Source of the DNA: Bacteroidota bacterium
GTDB taxonomy: Bacteria > Bacteroidota > Ignavibacteria > Kapaibacteriales > UBA961
Direction: 5' to 3'
Length of the DNA stretch: 64,000 nucleotides
Assembly (NCBI GenBank): GCA_049317525.1
Contig: JBMOIC010000011.1
Span: 1,643 to 65,642 of the forward strand
Shown: positions 10,127-19,357 of the stretch, piece after piece
Position numbering within the stretch: position 1 is the stretch's first letter
Layout: every line of letters begins with the position of its first letter
The notes under the pieces: model-generated
The model's database searches: none
What the model was told of the DNA's origin: nothing
What the model saw: only the letters and a program-made list of their open reading frames with translations
Position numbers and translations under genes: made by a program

Positions 10127-11608
10127 ATGAATAGATCCGGATTTATATCGTTAAAAAAACGTTTTGCATCTTTAGCAGCGCGTTCAACTCCAGCAATATT
10201 TCAATTGTTCGGGGATGCAATTGCTATAGGTTTAGCCTTACCTGTATTTATACAATTGGGATTTTTTACAGGATTTTATAGTATTTCCTTTCCTCTTTAT
10301 GATGAATCTATACTGAATTCTATCTTTTTAAGTATACTTCCAGCAACAATTCTATATTGGATTTGTATGTTTTGGTTGGCAGGGCTTTATAGAAATTGGT
10401 TTGTAAGGTCACCATTTACAGAAGTATTTACAGTAATCAGAGCAATAGCTTTGGGAAGCTTATTTGTGTTTTTAGCTATACTTTTTACAAGTGCTAATTT
10501 TCATGGATTTCGTCTGAAAATTATATTATATGCCATCATACTCTGTATTCTAGTATCTATATCTAGAATTATCATTAGAGTATTTCAAAGAGCATTAAGA
10601 AGAAAAGGAATTATTAAAGTAGAAACAATCTTAATGGGAAATCCAGATAAAATAGCTGATTTATATATTACTATGACTCAAAATCCATCGTGGGGATATA
10701 GAGCTCAAGGAGTAATATTATCACATGAAACAGACTTAATAAACTGGCAGAAAAGAATTGTTCCATCAACAACACTTCCTATTTTAGGTTATTCTAATCA
10801 AGCGCAGCAAATTTTATCAAAAGAATCACCATCTGATGTAATAGTAATGATGGAACATACCGATCATAGATGGTTGTTAGATATTGTGATGCAATGCAGA
10901 GAACTTGGAATTAGCGTTAAAATACAACCAGATTTATATGAGATATTTACAGGCCAAGCCAGATTATTGGCTATTCATGGAATGCCATTAATAGATATCA
11001 ATCCCGAATTATTAAAAACATGGGAAAGAGTTGTAAAAAGGATTTTTGATATCGTTTTTAGTGCAATCGTGCTTCTATTAGGATTACCTTTTTTACTGAT
11101 CACTGCTATTTTGGTAAAACTAGATTCCAAAGGACCAATTTTCTTTTCTCAAATTAGAGTAGGAAAAAATGGTAAGATATTTACTATGTATAAATTTAGA
11201 TCAATGATAACAGATGCAGAAGCCGAAGGGCCAAGATGGGCATCAGTAAACGATCCAAGAGTTACCAGATTAGGTAGATTTTTGAGAAAATCACATTTAG
11301 ATGAAATTCCACAATTTTGGAATGTATTAAAAGGTGAAATGAGTTTGGTTGGCCCAAGGCCAGAAAGACCATTTTTTGTAGAAAAATTTAAAAAAGATGT
11401 TCCATATTATCTTAGACGTCTTGTTATAAGGCCAGGACTAACAGGATGGAATCAAGTTCATTATAGAGATTATGAAGAAACATTAGAAGAAATCACTAAT
11501 AGGCTTAAACATGATTTTTATTATATTGAAAATATGTCATTGCAATTAGATGTCGAAATTATAATCAGAACAGTAATTAGAGTGTTCAGAGGTCAAGGCC
11601 AAGCATAA
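10127..11608 (+). CDS. undecaprenyl-phosphate sugar phosphotransferase (WbaP/PglB-type priming glycosyltransferase)
   Basis: 493 aa. Four to five N-terminal TM helices. C-terminal bacterial sugar transferase domain (KRIFDIVFSAIVLLLGLPFLL...SKGPIFFSQIRVGKNGKIFTMYKFRSM...DEIPQFWNVLKGEMSLVGPRP). Confidence 0.8.
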   Translation: MNRSGFISLKKRFASLAARSTPAIFQLFGDAIAIGLALPVFIQLGFFTGFYSISFPLYDESILNSIFLSILPATILYWICMFWLAGLYRNWFVRSPFTEVFTVIRAIALGSLFVFLAILFTSANFHGFRLKIILYAIILCILVSISRIIIRVFQRALRRKGIIKVETILMGNPDKIADLYITMTQNPSWGYRAQGVILSHETDLINWQKRIVPSTTLPILGYSNQAQQILSKESPSDVIVMMEHTDHRWLLDIVMQCRELGISVKIQPDLYEIFTGQARLLAIHGMPLIDINPELLKTWERVVKRIFDIVFSAIVLLLGLPFLLITAILVKLDSKGPIFFSQIRVGKNGKIFTMYKFRSMITDAEAEGPRWASVNDPRVTRLGRFLRKSHLDEIPQFWNVLKGEMSLVGPRPERPFFVEKFKKDVPYYLRRLVIRPGLTGWNQVHYRDYEETLEEITNRLKHDFYYIENMSLQLDVEIIIRTVIRVFRGQGQA

Positions 11609-11684
11609 TCAACATACATGTTTCTATGTTATGAAAAGAATACAGAACATCAACATGTAATTATTACACTTTCTAGAGTTTATC

Positions 11685-12389
11685 GTGAAAACGATTGTAG
11701 TTATACCTACTTATAATGAGTTGGACAATATAGACAATATCATTCAGGCTGTTTTGCAGGCTGCTGATGTTCATATTTTAATTGTTGATGATAATTCTCC
11801 AGATGGAACTTGGGCTAGAGTTCAGGAACTTCAGGAACATGATAATAGAATACATCTATTGAAAAGAGCTGGTAAAATGGGCTTAGGTACTGCTTATTGC
11901 GAAGGTTTTACCATAGCTTTAAGCTTGGGCTATGATACTATTATGGAAATGGATGCAGATTTCTCGCATGATCCTAAAGATATACCCCGTTTTCTAGAAA
12001 AAATACAAGATTATGATTTAGTGATAGGTTCTAGATATTCAGAAGGCGTTAATGTTGTTAACTGGCCAATGAGAAGGCTTCTTCTTAGTTATTCTGCAAA
12101 TATGTATACTAGAATCATTACTGGAATGCCAATTAAAGATGCTACAGGTGGCTTTAAATGTTTTAGAGCTTCAATTTTAAAGAAGATAGATTTTTCAGAT
12201 ATAAAATCAAATGGTTATGCATTTCAAATTGAAATGAATTTTAGATTATGGAAGGCCGGAGCAAGACTTATAGAAATACCAATTATTTTTATTGATAGAC
12301 GCTCTGGTGTGTCTAAAATGAGTAAAAATATAGTATACGAAGCAGCATTCTTAGTATGGAAATTAAAATTAATGTATCTATTTCGCTGA
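11685..12389 (+). CDS. polyprenol-phosphate mannose/glucose synthase-like GT2 (Dpm1 family)
   Basis: 234 aa, GTG start. VVIPTYNELDNI...LIVDDNSPDGT and DADFSHDP motifs typical of Dpm1/GtrB-like GT2 enzymes. Confidence 0.75.
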   Translation: MKTIVVIPTYNELDNIDNIIQAVLQAADVHILIVDDNSPDGTWARVQELQEHDNRIHLLKRAGKMGLGTAYCEGFTIALSLGYDTIMEMDADFSHDPKDIPRFLEKIQDYDLVIGSRYSEGVNVVNWPMRRLLLSYSANMYTRIITGMPIKDATGGFKCFRASILKKIDFSDIKSNGYAFQIEMNFRLWKAGARLIEIPIIFIDRRSGVSKMSKNIVYEAAFLVWKLKLMYLFR

Positions 12390-12396
12390 TAGTATA

Positions 12397-12939
12397 TTAG
12401 TAATTTGATTCATCACGCCATCTAATAATTCTCCAAATATCTGTAGAATCTCTTCTGATTCTTACATTTACTCTTCCCTGTAAACGAATGATATCATAAG
12501 GATTAAAAGTAATTGTGAGATTAAAACCCCTCGAGATATCCATTAAAGTACTATCACCCGAAGAAACGATAATATCATTCCATACCAGTTCTAATGCTTG
12601 GGATGCATTGAAAAGTCCTGCAGTAGAAATCATATCTTGATCTCTTCCCCACGATGCATCTACACCTTTATCGTAATTTCTATAAATAAAAACAAAATCT
12701 GGACTTAATAATCTACCATAAGCAATCGTATCTTTGTATAAATACGATGTCTTAAAATTTTGAAAGACACCTTCTATTGTTCTTTGATCTCCATACATTC
12801 CTGCATTTATTGGTTTGTCCGATAATTTGGGTGCAAATGGATTTGTACAAGAATAAAAGAGCATACCATATAAAAATAGTATGAATATACTTAGTATGCT
12901 ATTTGATAGTAATGTGTGCTTGATATTCTTGAAATTCAT
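12397..12939 (-). CDS. hypothetical lipoprotein
   Basis: 180 aa. Signal peptide with a lipobox-like LFYSC. No recognisable catalytic motif. Confidence 0.4.
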   Translation of the reverse strand: MNFKNIKHTLLSNSILSIFILFLYGMLFYSCTNPFAPKLSDKPINAGMYGDQRTIEGVFQNFKTSYLYKDTIAYGRLLSPDFVFIYRNYDKGVDASWGRDQDMISTAGLFNASQALELVWNDIIVSSGDSTLMDISRGFNLTITFNPYDIIRLQGRVNVRIRRDSTDIWRIIRWRDESNY

Positions 12940-13060
12940 TGAATAATCACTTCAAAAGAATCGGTATTGATAGAAGAAATCTAATATATAGATGACAATG
13001 CATATTTGAATGTTAATTTAGTAAAAATAGCAGACAGAATTTTAGGTATTTCTAGAAGTT

Positions 13061-13807
13061 ATGATAAAAGCAAAACCATCAGCATTATGGCGTTCCATTT
13101 TAGGAAAATATTTTTTTAGATCTGTTAAACATCAATTCTTTCAATGTGGTATTTCAGGTCAAGAATTTCTTTCACCATGGATATTAGATTCTAGTGTTCA
13201 TTCCGAAATTCCACTGATTTTATATAGTTCACATGGTGGCTGGTGGGATGCTGCCATTGCTATAGCATTATCTAATTCATATCTGCATTTAGAATCTTAT
13301 GGCATGATGGAAGAAAAACAATTAAAAAAGTATATGTTTTTTACAAAAGTAGGTATGTTCTCTGTTCATAGGCAACAAGCTAAATCTGCATTGCAAAGCT
13401 TACATTATGCCGCTGACATATTGCAAAATTCGAATAAAACATTATGGATATTTCCTCAAGGTGAATTATTTCATCAGGATATTCGCCCGATTTCTTTGTT
13501 TTCTGGCCAAGCAATACTGTTGAAATTATTGAAAACTGCATATTTTGCCCCTATTGCTATTCGTTATGACTTTTTACAAGAGCAAAAACCGGAAAGTTAT
13601 ATTAGTGTAGGAATGCCAGAGTTATTGCATTGGGAACATAAAGAGAAATCATCTGAATGGACAGCTTATTTTACAGAAAAGCTTACGAATCAAATGGATA
13701 TATTAACCAATGATATTCATAAACAAAGGCTTGATTCTTATACTATATGGTGTAAAGGGCCAGAATCCATAGAGAAAAAATGGGATTCTTTTAGAGGGAT
13801 AAAATAA
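13061..13807 (+). CDS. lysophospholipid-acyltransferase-like protein (HX4D motif)
   Basis: 248 aa. SSHGGWWD fits the HX4D motif of GPAT/LPLAT acyltransferases, and a downstream FPQGE motif is also present. Family assignment is inferred from motifs only. Confidence 0.4.
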   Translation: MIKAKPSALWRSILGKYFFRSVKHQFFQCGISGQEFLSPWILDSSVHSEIPLILYSSHGGWWDAAIAIALSNSYLHLESYGMMEEKQLKKYMFFTKVGMFSVHRQQAKSALQSLHYAADILQNSNKTLWIFPQGELFHQDIRPISLFSGQAILLKLLKTAYFAPIAIRYDFLQEQKPESYISVGMPELLHWEHKEKSSEWTAYFTEKLTNQMDILTNDIHKQRLDSYTIWCKGPESIEKKWDSFRGIK

Positions 13808-13870
13808 TACTACATAAAAGTATATTTTTTTACTTGTGTTGAATATATTCAAGTAGTAAGTTTGTGCGCA

Positions 13871-14287
13871 ATGAAAAATCTTCTTTATATCATATTGTCT
13901 TGCTGTATAATTTATACGGCATATGCTGCAGAAACAGCATTAGAATACTTAACTGCTAAGTCTGATGGTAAGGTTATTATTATAGAATGGCGTGCTTCAG
14001 CAGAAAAAGGCATTCATCATTATGAAGTAGAACGTGCATCTGGTGACCAATTATATCGAAATATTGCTACTATTGATGCTCGTGGACAAATGTATTCTTA
14101 TCGTTTTGTAGATGAAGATGCATTAATGAAAGGAGATAAACAGCAAATTATTGGGAATGTATATTCTTATAGATTGAGGGCAATAGGATATGATAATTCT
14201 TCTTCAGTTTCAAATTCAGTAAGTGTTGCGCATAGTATCAGTGGAATTCGCCGCACTTGGGGTATGATAAAAGAAATGTTTAGATGA
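13871..14287 (+). CDS. small secreted protein with FN3-like fold (hypothetical)
   Basis: Signal peptide MKNLLYIILSCCIIYTAYAA. The beta-rich segment (IIIEWRASAEKGIHHYEVERA...YSYRLRAIGYDNSSSVSNS) resembles a fibronectin-III domain. The ORF track begins at 13862; the start at 13871 is chosen for the signal peptide. Confidence 0.4.
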   Translation: MKNLLYIILSCCIIYTAYAAETALEYLTAKSDGKVIIIEWRASAEKGIHHYEVERASGDQLYRNIATIDARGQMYSYRFVDEDALMKGDKQQIIGNVYSYRLRAIGYDNSSSVSNSVSVAHSISGIRRTWGMIKEMFR

Positions 14288-14304
14288 TTTTATATACTTT
14301 TTAA

Positions 14305-15972
14305 ATGAAAACAAGTACATTTTCAAGCAAATATCACTATATATGTGTTCTATTATGTATTGGTTTCTATTCTTATACACATACTAATGCTCAAGAACAT
14401 AAATGTGGAACTTTTGTATCAGCTTCTTTTAAAGAGTTTCAGGATAAATCAGCTAAAGGGGAAACAGTACTTGCTAATAGGCCAATTCTAAGTTCACAAG
14501 AAATCACAATTGGCTCGCCTAGTGGAAAATTTCTTATCCATTATACCAAATATGGAAATGATAGAGTAGACTCTACCGATAAAAATCAAAATTCCATACC
14601 AGATTATATTGATTCTGTTTGTTACTATTTTGATGAAGTATATTCTTATGAAATTAATACTTTGGGATATCCTGCTCCGCCTAGTGATCAAAATGGTGGT
14701 GGATCTGAAGCCTATGATATTTATGTGCGAAATATGAAAGAAATGGGATATTATGGTTTAACAGAACAAGATTTTAGGGTCGCAGGTACAAATAGTCAGA
14801 TAAAAACTACTTCATTCATTTCTATTGATAATAATTACAGTGTAAATACTAATGGTACAAAAAGTTATAATACCTTGGGTATTGATGCTTTAAAAATTAC
14901 CGCAGCGCATGAATTTCATCATGCAATTCAATTTGGTTGTTATGGAGTTAGTACTACAGGTTTTGATGTAGTAATATATGAGATGTACAGTACTTGGATG
15001 GAATATCTTCAATATCCTGCTGTAAAAGATTATATAAATTATGCAAAATTATTGTTTACAAATCCGCAAGAATATAGATTTGGAAGAAGGGGCACAAGTG
15101 ACATATATACGGGCTATGGTTGGAGTATATTTTTTGAATTTCTTCAATACAAATTTGGAGTATCTGTCTCTAAAGATATGTGGAATAATATAGGAAAAGG
15201 GGTCTTACCATTTAGGGCATTAGAGCTTTCATTAAATACTAAAGGAAGTTCACTTAATGATATTTGGTGTGAACTAGCGCAATGGATGTATCATACTGGT
15301 TCAAAATCATATGGTATATCAGATGCTAATAAATTTATGGATGCTGCAGATTTACCTGAAATGAAAGCAATTACTGATTCGGTAAACCCATCATTACTAT
15401 TTTCACAATCAATCTATCCATATGAATTTAGATTGTATTCTTGTGTATTGCCAAATAACCTGACCATTGCAGATACAGCAGATTTTATGTGCTCAATTAT
15501 GCCTCCAAATCCATTTTACAATATATCTACAAATCAAAATCCATTAGTTTTTTCAGTTTCTAAACAAATAACCCAAAATGCAATTAGTTCGACAGGATAT
15601 TATTGGAATCTTGATGCAAAAGGAATGCAATATTGCTCCTATGCAGTATTTAGTAAAGGAATTGCAGTTAAACCAAATCAAGTGGTATATCCCAATCCAT
15701 ATATCTTAAATCAAACTCAAGAATTGATGTTTCCTCTTCCGGCAATGGTAAATGAAGGTGATTTGGCATTGCTAACTATATATACTACTACTGGTAAAAT
15801 GATATATTCTGGCAAACTCTTGATAGAGACAGACCCAAAAAACAAAGCAAATCCAGGATTTAATACACTTGTAATCAAATATCTACAGGCTGATACCTTA
15901 GAAAGGGGAGTATATATCTTCACAGTAGAGAATAAAGGGAAAACAATTCATGGAAAATTTCTAGTAAAATAG
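14305..15972 (+). CDS. secreted zinc metallopeptidase (HExxH) with T9SS C-terminal sorting domain
   Basis: 555 aa. Signal peptide. Zinc motif AAHEFHHAIQFG with a downstream E (YEMYSTWMEY). The C-terminal ~80 aa (...GVYIFTVENKGKTIHGKFLVK) resemble a Por-secretion CTD. Starts 17 nt after the preceding gene. Confidence 0.6.
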   Translation: MKTSTFSSKYHYICVLLCIGFYSYTHTNAQEHKCGTFVSASFKEFQDKSAKGETVLANRPILSSQEITIGSPSGKFLIHYTKYGNDRVDSTDKNQNSIPDYIDSVCYYFDEVYSYEINTLGYPAPPSDQNGGGSEAYDIYVRNMKEMGYYGLTEQDFRVAGTNSQIKTTSFISIDNNYSVNTNGTKSYNTLGIDALKITAAHEFHHAIQFGCYGVSTTGFDVVIYEMYSTWMEYLQYPAVKDYINYAKLLFTNPQEYRFGRRGTSDIYTGYGWSIFFEFLQYKFGVSVSKDMWNNIGKGVLPFRALELSLNTKGSSLNDIWCELAQWMYHTGSKSYGISDANKFMDAADLPEMKAITDSVNPSLLFSQSIYPYEFRLYSCVLPNNLTIADTADFMCSIMPPNPFYNISTNQNPLVFSVSKQITQNAISSTGYYWNLDAKGMQYCSYAVFSKGIAVKPNQVVYPNPYILNQTQELMFPLPAMVNEGDLALLTIYTTTGKMIYSGKLLIETDPKNKANPGFNTLVIKYLQADTLERGVYIFTVENKGKTIHGKFLVK

Positions 15973-16229
15973 AAATCCCACCATTTCACTTGTCCACATC
16001 TTATTAACAATTCATAAATAATAACCTACTTAACTATTATTAAAGTAAGAAGATAAGCAAATAATTAGATGTGGATAACTCTGTAAAATTTTGATTTATC
16101 AAGATTTAATTTTGTTTTATACTATCTATATTCTAAATTTGTTCTCTTCGCTTTAGCGGGCAAGCCCTACTAAGTGAAAATTAACATTAGATAATAGTAA
16201 CTTTTTACATGCATTAGGTTAAGACAACA

Positions 16230-18326
16230 ATGTCAGAAATCTTAAAAGTAAGAAATATTGGTATTTCAGCCCATATTGATTCGGGCAAAACCACATTAAG
16301 CGAAAGAATTTTATTTTATACTGGAAAAATCCACAAGATTGAAGAAGTAAAGGGTAAGTCTGGTGTTGGCGCCACGATGGACTCTATGGATCTTGAAAGA
16401 GAGAAAGGCATTACGATTCAATCTGCGGCAACATACTGTACATGGAAGGATTTTGAAGTTAATCTTATTGATACACCTGGCCATGTTGATTTTACTGTAG
16501 AAGTAGAGCGTGCCTTAAGGGTATTAGATGGTGCTGTATTGGTTCTATGCGGCGTAGCTGGTGTACAAAGCCAATCAATCACAGTAGACCGTCAAATGCG
16601 TAGATATAATGTTCCAAGACTTGCATTTATCAATAAGATAGATCGTTCTGGATCAAATCCTGACAGAGTTGCAGAGCAATTAGCAGAAAAACTTCATCAT
16701 CGTCCAGTAATCATGACATTTGCCATGGGTTTGGAAGATCGTTTTGAAGGGGTTGTAGATTTATTAAAGATGAAAGCAATTTATTTTGATGGTGATAATG
16801 GAGAGAATATTCGTGAAGAAGAAATTCCAGCGCAATATGTAGAAGAAGCAAAACAACGTCGCCACAAATTAGTTGAAACAATGGCTGATTTTGATGATGT
16901 AATTGCAGAAAAATTCCTTATGGAAGAGCCAGTTACTTTAGAAGAATTAATGCCTGTAATCCGCCGTGAAACTATAAATTTAAAAATTACACCTTTATAT
17001 GTTGGGTCTGCTAAGAAAAACAAAGGCATTCAAACTTTATTAGATGCTGTAGGTTATTTTTTACCTTCACCTTCTGAAATTAAGAATGAAGGATTAGACC
17101 AAAATAACAATGAAGAAAAAGTAGAGTTAGCATCAGATAGTACAAAACCATTCGTAGGCCTAGCTTTCAAGTTAGAAGATGGAAGATTTGGCCAGTTAAC
17201 GTATGTGCGAGTATATCAAGGTGCAATTAAAAAAGGCGATATGATCACTAATATGTCCAATGGAAAGCGTGTTAAAGTTCCAAGGCTAGTTAGGATGCAT
17301 GCAGATCAAATGCATGATATTGATGAGGTTGGCCCAGGACAAATAGTTGCATTATTTGGTATCGATTGCGCTAGTGGTGATACATTTACTGATGGCAGTG
17401 TAAATATTACAATGACATCTATGTTTGTTGCAGAACCTGTTATTGAATTAGCGGTAAGCCCCAAAGATAAAGCTGGTCAAGTGAATTTCTCTAAAGCGCT
17501 TAATCGTTTTACTAAAGAGGATCCAACATTCCAGGTGTATCGCGATGAAGAAAGTGGCGAAACAATTATCAAAGGAATGGGCGAACTACACCTTGAAATC
17601 TATATTGAAAGAATAAAGCGTGAATATGGTTGTGAAGTAAATGTTGGGCGTCCTAAAGTAGCTTTCCGTGAAGCTATGACACAAAGAGCAGATTTCAACT
17701 ATACTCATAAAAAACAAACTGGTGGCTCTGGTCAATTTGCTAGAGTTGGTGGATTTATTGAGCCATTACCATCGGATGCAATTGAAAATTATGAATTCGT
17801 AGATGATATTGTAGGCGGCGTAATTCCAAGAGAGTTTATTCCAGCTTGTGATAAAGGATTCCGCGAAGTAATACGTGAAGGTTCTTTAATTGGACAACCA
17901 GTTGTTGGTGTTCGTGTAACGATTAATGATGGTGCAGATCACCCAGTGGATTCCTCTGAAATGGCATTTAAAGTAGCTTCTATATCTGCTTTCCGCGAAG
18001 CATACATGAAAGCTAAGCCAATCATTCTTGAACCAATTATGAAATTGGAAGTAAGTGTACCAGAAGAATTCCAAGGTGTATGTATTGGCCAAATTAATCA
18101 AAGACGCGGTGTTATTGTTGGTACTACAATGGACGCAGGCTATGTTGTTGTAGAATCAGATGTACCGCTAAGCGAAATGTTCGGCTATTCTACTGATATT
18201 CGTTCAGTAACTCAAGGCAAGGGAGAATTCTCTATGGAATTCTTAAGATATGCTCCAGTACCTAAAAATGTACAGGAAGAAATGGTAAAAGTATATCAAG
18301 CTAAACGTGCCGAAGGAAGAAATTAA
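16230..18326 (+). CDS. elongation factor G paralog (mtEFG1/spdEFG1-like G domain; canonical domain-IV loops)
   Basis: 698 aa. G1 motif [19 protein letters not shown]-domain signatures [24 protein letters not shown] and [30 protein letters not shown] closely resemble human mtEFG1 as I recall it. Domain-IV tip motifs are canonical ([14 protein letters not shown]; [15 protein letters not shown]). C-terminal tail is EF-G-like ([16 protein letters not shown]). Confidence 0.85.
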   Translation: MSEILKVRNIGISAHIDSGKTTLSERILFYTGKIHKIEEVKGKSGVGATMDSMDLEREKGITIQSAATYCTWKDFEVNLIDTPGHVDFTVEVERALRVLDGAVLVLCGVAGVQSQSITVDRQMRRYNVPRLAFINKIDRSGSNPDRVAEQLAEKLHHRPVIMTFAMGLEDRFEGVVDLLKMKAIYFDGDNGENIREEEIPAQYVEEAKQRRHKLVETMADFDDVIAEKFLMEEPVTLEELMPVIRRETINLKITPLYVGSAKKNKGIQTLLDAVGYFLPSPSEIKNEGLDQNNNEEKVELASDSTKPFVGLAFKLEDGRFGQLTYVRVYQGAIKKGDMITNMSNGKRVKVPRLVRMHADQMHDIDEVGPGQIVALFGIDCASGDTFTDGSVNITMTSMFVAEPVIELAVSPKDKAGQVNFSKALNRFTKEDPTFQVYRDEESGETIIKGMGELHLEIYIERIKREYGCEVNVGRPKVAFREAMTQRADFNYTHKKQTGGSGQFARVGGFIEPLPSDAIENYEFVDDIVGGVIPREFIPACDKGFREVIREGSLIGQPVVGVRVTINDGADHPVDSSEMAFKVASISAFREAYMKAKPIILEPIMKLEVSVPEEFQGVCIGQINQRRGVIVGTTMDAGYVVVESDVPLSEMFGYSTDIRSVTQGKGEFSMEFLRYAPVPKNVQEEMVKVYQAKRAEGRN

Positions 18327-18420
18327 AATATATTTTGGATGTGAATAACTTTTTTCTTAGTTTTGCAAGCTCTGTCAACGACAGCAAAAAAGTAAAACGA
18401 GATATATACAGGAAAATTAA

Positions 18421-18813
18421 GTGCCTACAATTAGTCAACTTGTTCGTAAAGGTCGCCAGAAGCTGGTGGAGAAAAGCAAGTCTCCAGCTCTTGCAAGTTG
18501 TCCCCAAAGACGTGGGGTTTGTACTCGTGTATATACGACTACACCAAAAAAACCGAATTCTGCATTACGTAAAGTAGCGAAGGTTCGTTTAACAAATCAA
18601 TTTGAAGTGATTGCATATATTCCAGGTGAAGGGCATAATCTTCAGGAGCACTCAATTGTGTTGATTCGTGGTGGGCGTGTTAAAGATTTACCAGGTGTTC
18701 GTTATCACATCGTACGTGGTGCAGCGGATACTCAAGGTGTAAAAGATCGGAAGCAAGCACGATCTAAGTATGGTGCGAAGCGAGTAAAACCTGGAACAGC
18801 TAAGAAAAAATAA
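18421..18813 (+). CDS. rpsL: 30S ribosomal protein S12
   Basis: 130 aa, GTG start. [11 protein letters not shown]...[11 protein letters not shown]...[17 protein letters not shown]. Confidence 0.95.
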   Translation: MPTISQLVRKGRQKLVEKSKSPALASCPQRRGVCTRVYTTTPKKPNSALRKVAKVRLTNQFEVIAYIPGEGHNLQEHSIVLIRGGRVKDLPGVRYHIVRGAADTQGVKDRKQARSKYGAKRVKPGTAKKK

Positions 18814-18842
18814 TTTAAGAAAAGAAGAGAAAAAGAGATAGT

Positions 18843-19310
18843 ATGAGAAAGAAAAGAGCAGAAAAACGATATGCAGTACCTGATTCACGTTTTAACGATG
18901 TGATGGTATCTAGATTCATTAATAAAGTGATGATTCAAGGTAAAAAGAATACTGCTCGCAATTTAGTTTATAATGCTTTTGATTTAGTAGAGCTAAAATC
19001 AAAGACAGATCCTGTTGAAATTTTCCGCAAAGCTTTAGGTAATATTTCTCCTGCTATTGAAGTTCGTTCACGTCGCGTTGGTGGCGCTACTTATCAAGTG
19101 CCAGTTGAAGTTAGAGAGGATCGTCGTTTTGCATTAGCAATCCGTTGGTTAAAGCAATATGCTTCAGAGCGTCGTGATAAAACAATGGCTCAAAAATTAG
19201 CCTCAGAATTATTAGCAGCAGCTAATGGTGAAGGTAGTTCTGTAAAAAAGCGTGACGATGTACATAGAATGGCAGAAGCTAATAAAGCATTTGCACATTT
19301 TAAGTGGTGA
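18843..19310 (+). CDS. rpsG: 30S ribosomal protein S7
   Basis: 155 aa. Typical S7 segments ([26 protein letters not shown]). Confidence 0.95.
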   Translation: MRKKRAEKRYAVPDSRFNDVMVSRFINKVMIQGKKNTARNLVYNAFDLVELKSKTDPVEIFRKALGNISPAIEVRSRRVGGATYQVPVEVREDRRFALAIRWLKQYASERRDKTMAQKLASELLAAANGEGSSVKKRDDVHRMAEANKAFAHFKW

Positions 19311-19357
19311 GAAATTTTTTGTTCTTTGTCAATTTAACCCTGGTAGCGCTGTAAATT

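Noticed and set aside
16081-16145. Possible Bacteroidota-type sigma-A promoter (TAAATTTG -7 box at ~16134-16141 with upstream TTTG) ahead of the EF-G paralog
   Set aside because: Such motifs are common by chance in this AT-rich sequence, and the organism's promoter consensus is unknown; not reported as a feature.
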